A DNA stretch of 64,000 nucleotides from Azolla caroliniana (taxonomy: Eukaryota; Plantae; Polypodiophyta), in NCBI GenBank assembly GCA_043228905.1, contig JBHGNT010000017.1:16244001-16308000 (forward strand), in the 5' to 3' direction. Shown here piece by piece: positions 58,683 through 64,000 of this stretch (position 1 is the first letter of the stretch; every line of letters begins with the position of its first letter). The position numbers and the translations under genes are program-made. The notes beneath the pieces were generated by a model that saw only the letters and a list, made by a program, of their open reading frames with translations, did no database searches and was not told the origin of the DNA.

Positions 58683-61600
58683 TGTTAGGAGACAGGTCCC
58701 TCCGGATGGGAAGAGAGAAGAACAGTGCCGATGAACAAACTCGGCCGAGGCCGATAGACCAAGGCCGAAACCGGATGAGGAGTACCGGGCTACAGAGAGC
58801 CGGATGGTGTAGACCCGGTGAGAACCGGATGAGGAGTACCCGGCTACGAAGAGCCGGATGGTGCAGACCCGGTGAGAACCGGATGAGGAGTACCCAGCTA
58901 CGGAGAGCCGGATGGTGCAAACCTGGTGAGGAATGCTCATTGGATGAAGAGACATATTCGTAAATATGTTTCTGAGAGTCCATCGAGGCTATATTTGTAA
59001 ATAGCCGAAAAGTCATATTAGTATAAATATGACTTAGGGCAAACTTTTTTAGTTACTGTTGTTGTCATTCTTGTTGGTGCAAGAAAAGAGAGAGCGTGCA
59101 ACCGTGTACAGAGAAAGAGAGAACGAGGTCATTGCCTCTGTTGTAACCGCCGCCTGTGGCGAAGATCGTGAGCACGAGGTCGTTGCCTTCGTGAACTCAC
59201 TGTTGTACATTCTAACATAGTGATAGTTTGCAGCCTGTGGGCAGCCGTGGTCTTTTCTTCCCTAGGTTGGGGTTTTCCACGTTAAACATCCTGTGTACAT
59301 TTTCCTCTCCTTTGTGTCGTGTGTCTTCGGCTTCCCATTTTCTGTGTATGATTCTCAGCTCGGTTGTGGCCGAGCTTTGCGCATAAGGAGCCTTGAGTTC
59401 CCATCAAGTGGTATCAGAGCGAAACGACACAGGAAATGGACGATTCGTTGGGAGGCATGTTCAAGCTCACCGGCTCCAACTATTCGGTATGGAAGTCGAA
59501 GATGAGGGACATGCTCGTAGTTAAAGATCTTTGGTTGCCGGTTCAGTTTGGGGACAAGAGACCGGACAAAATTGACGCCACGATATGGGAGGTAATGCAC
59601 ATGAAGACAACAGCGTACATACGGTGCTTCATCGACATGAGCATATACAACAACTTCAATGAAGAGAGCAAGGCTCATGAGCTCTGGGAGAAGATCGGCA
59701 TTATGTTTCAAAACAAAAATGCCGTTAATCAGGTTTTAGTATTCCGGAAGCTAGTAAGACTCCGGTACCAAGATGGCTCCAGCATGGCGGAGCACATGAA
59801 TGCCTTCCAGGGGCTGATCCACCAAGCAACATCATTGGAAGTACCTCTCGCCGATGAGGTACTAGCGCTACTCCTGCTCGGCTCCCTCCCGGATAGCTGG
59901 GAGATGTTGGTTGTCACTTTGGGCAACGCCGGGCCGGAAGGGAAACGGTTATCTCTGGCAAGAGTGAAGTCGAGCTTGCTAGATGAGGAGGCGCGTCGGA
60001 AAGATAAGGATATGAGCTCCGACTCCAAAGCGCTCCTTACCGAATCGGAATGCAGAAGACAAAGAAACTGTAGTCCCCAGAACCGGGAAAAGTCGGGGAC
60101 ACGGTCGAAGTCAAAGGGGAGACCTACTTGCTTCTATTGCGGCAAGCCGGGACACTTCCAGAAGAACTGTCGGCATTTCCGGAAAGACAAGGAAACCGAC
60201 GGTACCGATTCGAAGCGGACACCGAACCGGAACGGTAAAGACCGGAGGGGGCCGGACCGGAAGGGAACGACGGCAATCGCAGCAAGTGAAGAAGAGTTGA
60301 TGCTCATCACCGAGGAGAGTAAGAAAAACCTTGCCGGCGACGAGATGACCTGGGTGGTAGACTCTGGAGCGTCGTTCCACCTTACCCCGAACAGGAAATG
60401 CTTCTCATCCTACTCAGCCAGTGATCACGGCTGTGTCCGGATGGGGAACGAAGGTACATGCCGAATTGTCGGCATAGGAGACCTGTGGCTGACAACACCA
60501 ACCGGATGCAAGTTGTTGCTGAAAGATGTCCGACACATTCCGAAGGTTCGTCTGAACCTGATATCAGCCGGTCGGCTAGATGATGAAGGCTACAAGTGTA
60601 GCATCCGGAACGATGTCATGAAGTTTAGCAAAGGGAGCCTGATTGTGGCTCGGGCCCGGAATGTCCGGTTATGCCCGGAAGAAGTGAACGTGGCATCCGA
60701 CACTGCCGGTGAGCTGTGGCACAAGAGGCTGTGTCATATGAGCGAGAAGGGGATGAAGAGGCTTGAAAACAACAACCTCATTCCAGTGAAGAACGTGCAC
60801 TTGGAGAAGTGCACTGATTGTCTGGCCGGTAAGCAAAACCGGACTTCCTTCCGACCAAGGCCACCGATGAGACGTAATGCACCACTGGAGTTGGTGCATA
60901 CGGATGTGTGTCAAGTAGACACGAAGTCACATGTCGGAGCACAGTACTTCGTGACGTTCATAGATGACCACAGCTGGAAGTTGTGGGCCACACCATTGAA
61001 GACAAAGGATCAGGTGCTATCCGTCTTCAAAGAGCTCCACGCGAGAGTGGAAAGAGAAACCGGCCGGAAGCTGAAGGCAGTTCGAGCAGATAACGGAGGA
61101 GAATACCGGGGGCAGTTCGAGGAGTACTGCCGCTCGAAGGGAATCCGGCTCGAATTTACCGTGCCGAAGACGCCGGAACTAAACAGGCTGGCCGAGAGGA
61201 TGAACCGGACCATAATGGAGAGGGTCCGGAGTATGCTAGCGCATACAAAACTACCCAAGAAGTTTTGGGCTTAGGTACTGTTGACAGCGCCATACGTGAT
61301 AAACAGATCACCCTCAGTACCCTTGGACGGAGACACGCCACAGAGAGTCTGGACCGGTAAGGAAGTGTCCTACCGGCATCTGAAGGTGTTCGGGTGTCTC
61401 GCGTACGTGCATGTAGCTAAGGACCGGAGAGGAAAGTTAGATCCAAAGACCCGGCCATGCATATTCCTCGGTTACGGCGACGATGAGTTTGGCTACCGAG
61501 TGTGGGACCCGATTGACAAGAAGGTATTCCGGAGTCGAGATATTATCTTCATGGAGGACAAGACGCTCGCCGACTGGGAGTCGGAGAAGAAGATAATGAA

Positions 61601-61920
61601 CTCCGAGTCGACCGGTAAGGATAGATTCTACGATGAGCAGACCCAACCGGCAAGAGACCGGTTAGCACTCGAGGAACCAACCGGTTACAGTGAGGATACC
61701 GAACCGGCAGAAGAAGAAGTAGAGGAAGCTGAAACCGGAACCGGCCAAGACCCCGAATCGGATTCGGATGAAGAGCAAATGGAGGAGCCGGTTACTGAAC
61801 CCCAAAGACGGAGATATCCTCTCAGAGAGAGAAGGGCGCCCCGGAGATTTCCAAATGCAGAGCATGTTCTGCTGACCGATGAGGGGGAGCCGGAAAGCTT
61901 CGAAGAAGCGAAGGATGACA
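58683..61920 (+). mobile_element. 5' half of a Copia C-family element (LTR, PBS, gag, PR, IN)
   Basis: LTR 58683-59406 with 54-bp U3 repeats; PBS 59409-59420; ORFs 59436-61274 and 61281-61937; truncated before RT. Confidence 0.92.
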
Positions 61921-64000
61921 CATGTCTGAATCGGTAAAACCTTCCAGCACATGTCTAAATCGGTAAAACCTTCCAGCACAGGTTTTCCGACACCATACCT
62001 TAGGCACACCCCCGAGGTGCCCTTTAAGTACATGAGTATCCATTTCACCGTTGCCCAGTGTTCTCTCCTTGGATTACTCATATATCGGCTTACTACTCCC
62101 ATAGCAAATGCTATGTCCGGTCTCGTACAGACCATAGCATACATTAGACTGCCGACGACCGAGGCATATGGTACCTTCTTCATCTCAGCCTTTTCCTTCT
62201 GCCCTTTTAGTCTACAATTTGTCGGCAGCACTGAGCCAACCAGCTTTGCGTTCGACATGTTGAACCTCTCTAGGATCTTCGTCACATACTTCTGTTGTGA
62301 CAACCATAGCACCTTCCGAGCTCTGTGTCGGGTTATGTGCATTCCTAGGATTTGCTTTGCCGATCCAAGGTCTTTCATGGCAAATGATTTTCCAAGAGCT
62401 TTCTTCAAGCTTCGAATCTTCCTTGCATCTTGACCGAGTATCAACATATCATCAACATATAGCAAGAGAATGAAGAAATCTCCTTCCTCGTACCTTTTGA
62501 CAAATACACAGTGATCAGCCTGTGTTTTCTAGAACCGATGTTCCACCATGAAGGACTCGAATTTCTTGTACCATTGGCGTGGAGCTTGTTTTAATCCGTA
62601 CAAGCTTTTCCTCAATCGACACACCAGATTCTCTTTCCCTTTTTCCTCAAAGCCATGCATGTAGATCTCTTCATCTAGCTCCCCATGCAGAAATGCGGTT
62701 TTGACATCCAACTGTTCGATCTCCAGATCCATGCTAGCCGCTATGCTCAAAACAGTTCGAATCGATGTAATCTTCACGACTGGTGCGAATATTTTGTCAA
62801 AGTCGACGCCCTTCTTCTGTTGGAAACCCTTCACCACTATGCGGACTTTATACCTGGGCTCGTTGTCGACTTCTCCAGTCTTCACCTTGTAGACCCACTT
62901 ATTCTTGAGTGCACTCTTACCTTTTGGCAGCTCTACTAGGTCGTAGGTGTAATTCGCGTGCAAGGATTCCATCTCCTCTTGCATTGCGTTAAACCATTTT
63001 TTTCTGCTCTCGTCGGCAATGGCTTCTTCATAGCACTCCGGTTCACCGTCATCAGTCAAGAGGAAGTATTGACTGGCATATGTGGTCGGTGCCTTCCTTT
63101 CTCTAAGTCGGTACCTTCGTCCACTCGTTGTTGGCTCTTTTCCGGATGTCTCTGCCAACTCTTCTCTTTGCTTGGGATTCTGCTCATCAATATGCATCTC
63201 CAGGTTGGACAACTCCAACTCATATTCATCAATTGATTTTAGCAGGTCTGCCGACTCTAACTCATAGCCTATCGGTCTTTCCGAGTCGACCAACTCGGAT
63301 TCGGCTCTGTCGACAAGCTGTCTCCTTACAGCTGTCAGTGACGACACATTTGGCCTTAAGTCAATGGTAGTCGAGGTTGACTAGGGAGTCGATTCCAACT
63401 TCTATTGCTTCCAGTCTTCAATTGTCTTATCTTCAAGAAAGACGACATCCCAACTTCTCACTACCTTCTTGTCGACTAGGTCCCATAGCCTGTAGCCGAA
63501 TTCATCTTCCGAGTATCCCATAAATATACATGCTTTCGACTTGTTGTCGAGCTTTGACCTCTGATCCTTTGGTACATGCATATACGCCAAGCATCCAAAC
63601 ACCCTCACGTGTTGGTAGGAGATATCCTTCCCTGTCCACACCCTTTGTGGGACATCACCCTTTAATGGCACTGAGGGAGACCTGTTGATCAGATAAACAG
63701 CTATGTACAACGCCTCAGCCCAATAGGATTTCGGAAATTTTGCATGAGAGAGCATGCTCCTTACTCTCTCCATGATCATTCAATTCATCCTCTATGCAAG
63801 CCCGTTCAACTCTGGGGTCTTTGGCACTGTGTATTCAATCCGAATACCTTGGCACTTGCAGTATTCCTCAAACTGCCCTTTGTACTCCCCACCATTGTCG
63901 GTTCGGACAACCTTCAGTTTCCGACCCAACTCTCTTTCGGTTCTTGCCTGGAACTCCTTGAAAACCAATAGTACTTGATCCTTCGACTTCAGTACGAAGG
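61921..64000 (-). mobile_element. Decayed Tork-like Copia internal region (IN-RT), running off the window
   Basis: ORFs 63402-63779, 62529-63347, 61662-62465 (YVDD); resembles the 42700 family. Confidence 0.9.

Overview
Eukaryotic, almost certainly land-plant, repeat-saturated DNA: about 15 nested or fragmented LTR retrotransposons and no recognisable host gene, RNA gene or CRISPR array. Three young full-length elements are bounded by TSDs: a non-chromodomain Ty3/Gypsy (8127-15293; tRNA-Trp PBS, 4-bp TSD) and two Tnt1/Tork-like Ty1/Copia copies (26450-31938, intact 1357-aa ORF; 49056-54272, one TGG>TAG stop). The rest are older Copia elements, three TSD-flanked solo LTRs, Gypsy gag remnants and short-unit repeat arrays. 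Best leads: (1) a G_GAU_UUU -1 frameshift site with a predicted pseudoknot between protease and RT in the Gypsy; (2) a Gypsy-type host element with no visible gag-pol, split by four insertions, carrying ~16 covarying hairpins and a ~3.6-kb decayed ORF of unknown function; (3) a stem-loop enclosing the PPT/U3 junction in sequence-divergent Copia families; (4) an apparent Gag-capsid swap between Copia families; (5) a four-level LTR-in-LTR nest. Coordinates and mismatch counts were read by eye; lineage names are inference without database searches.
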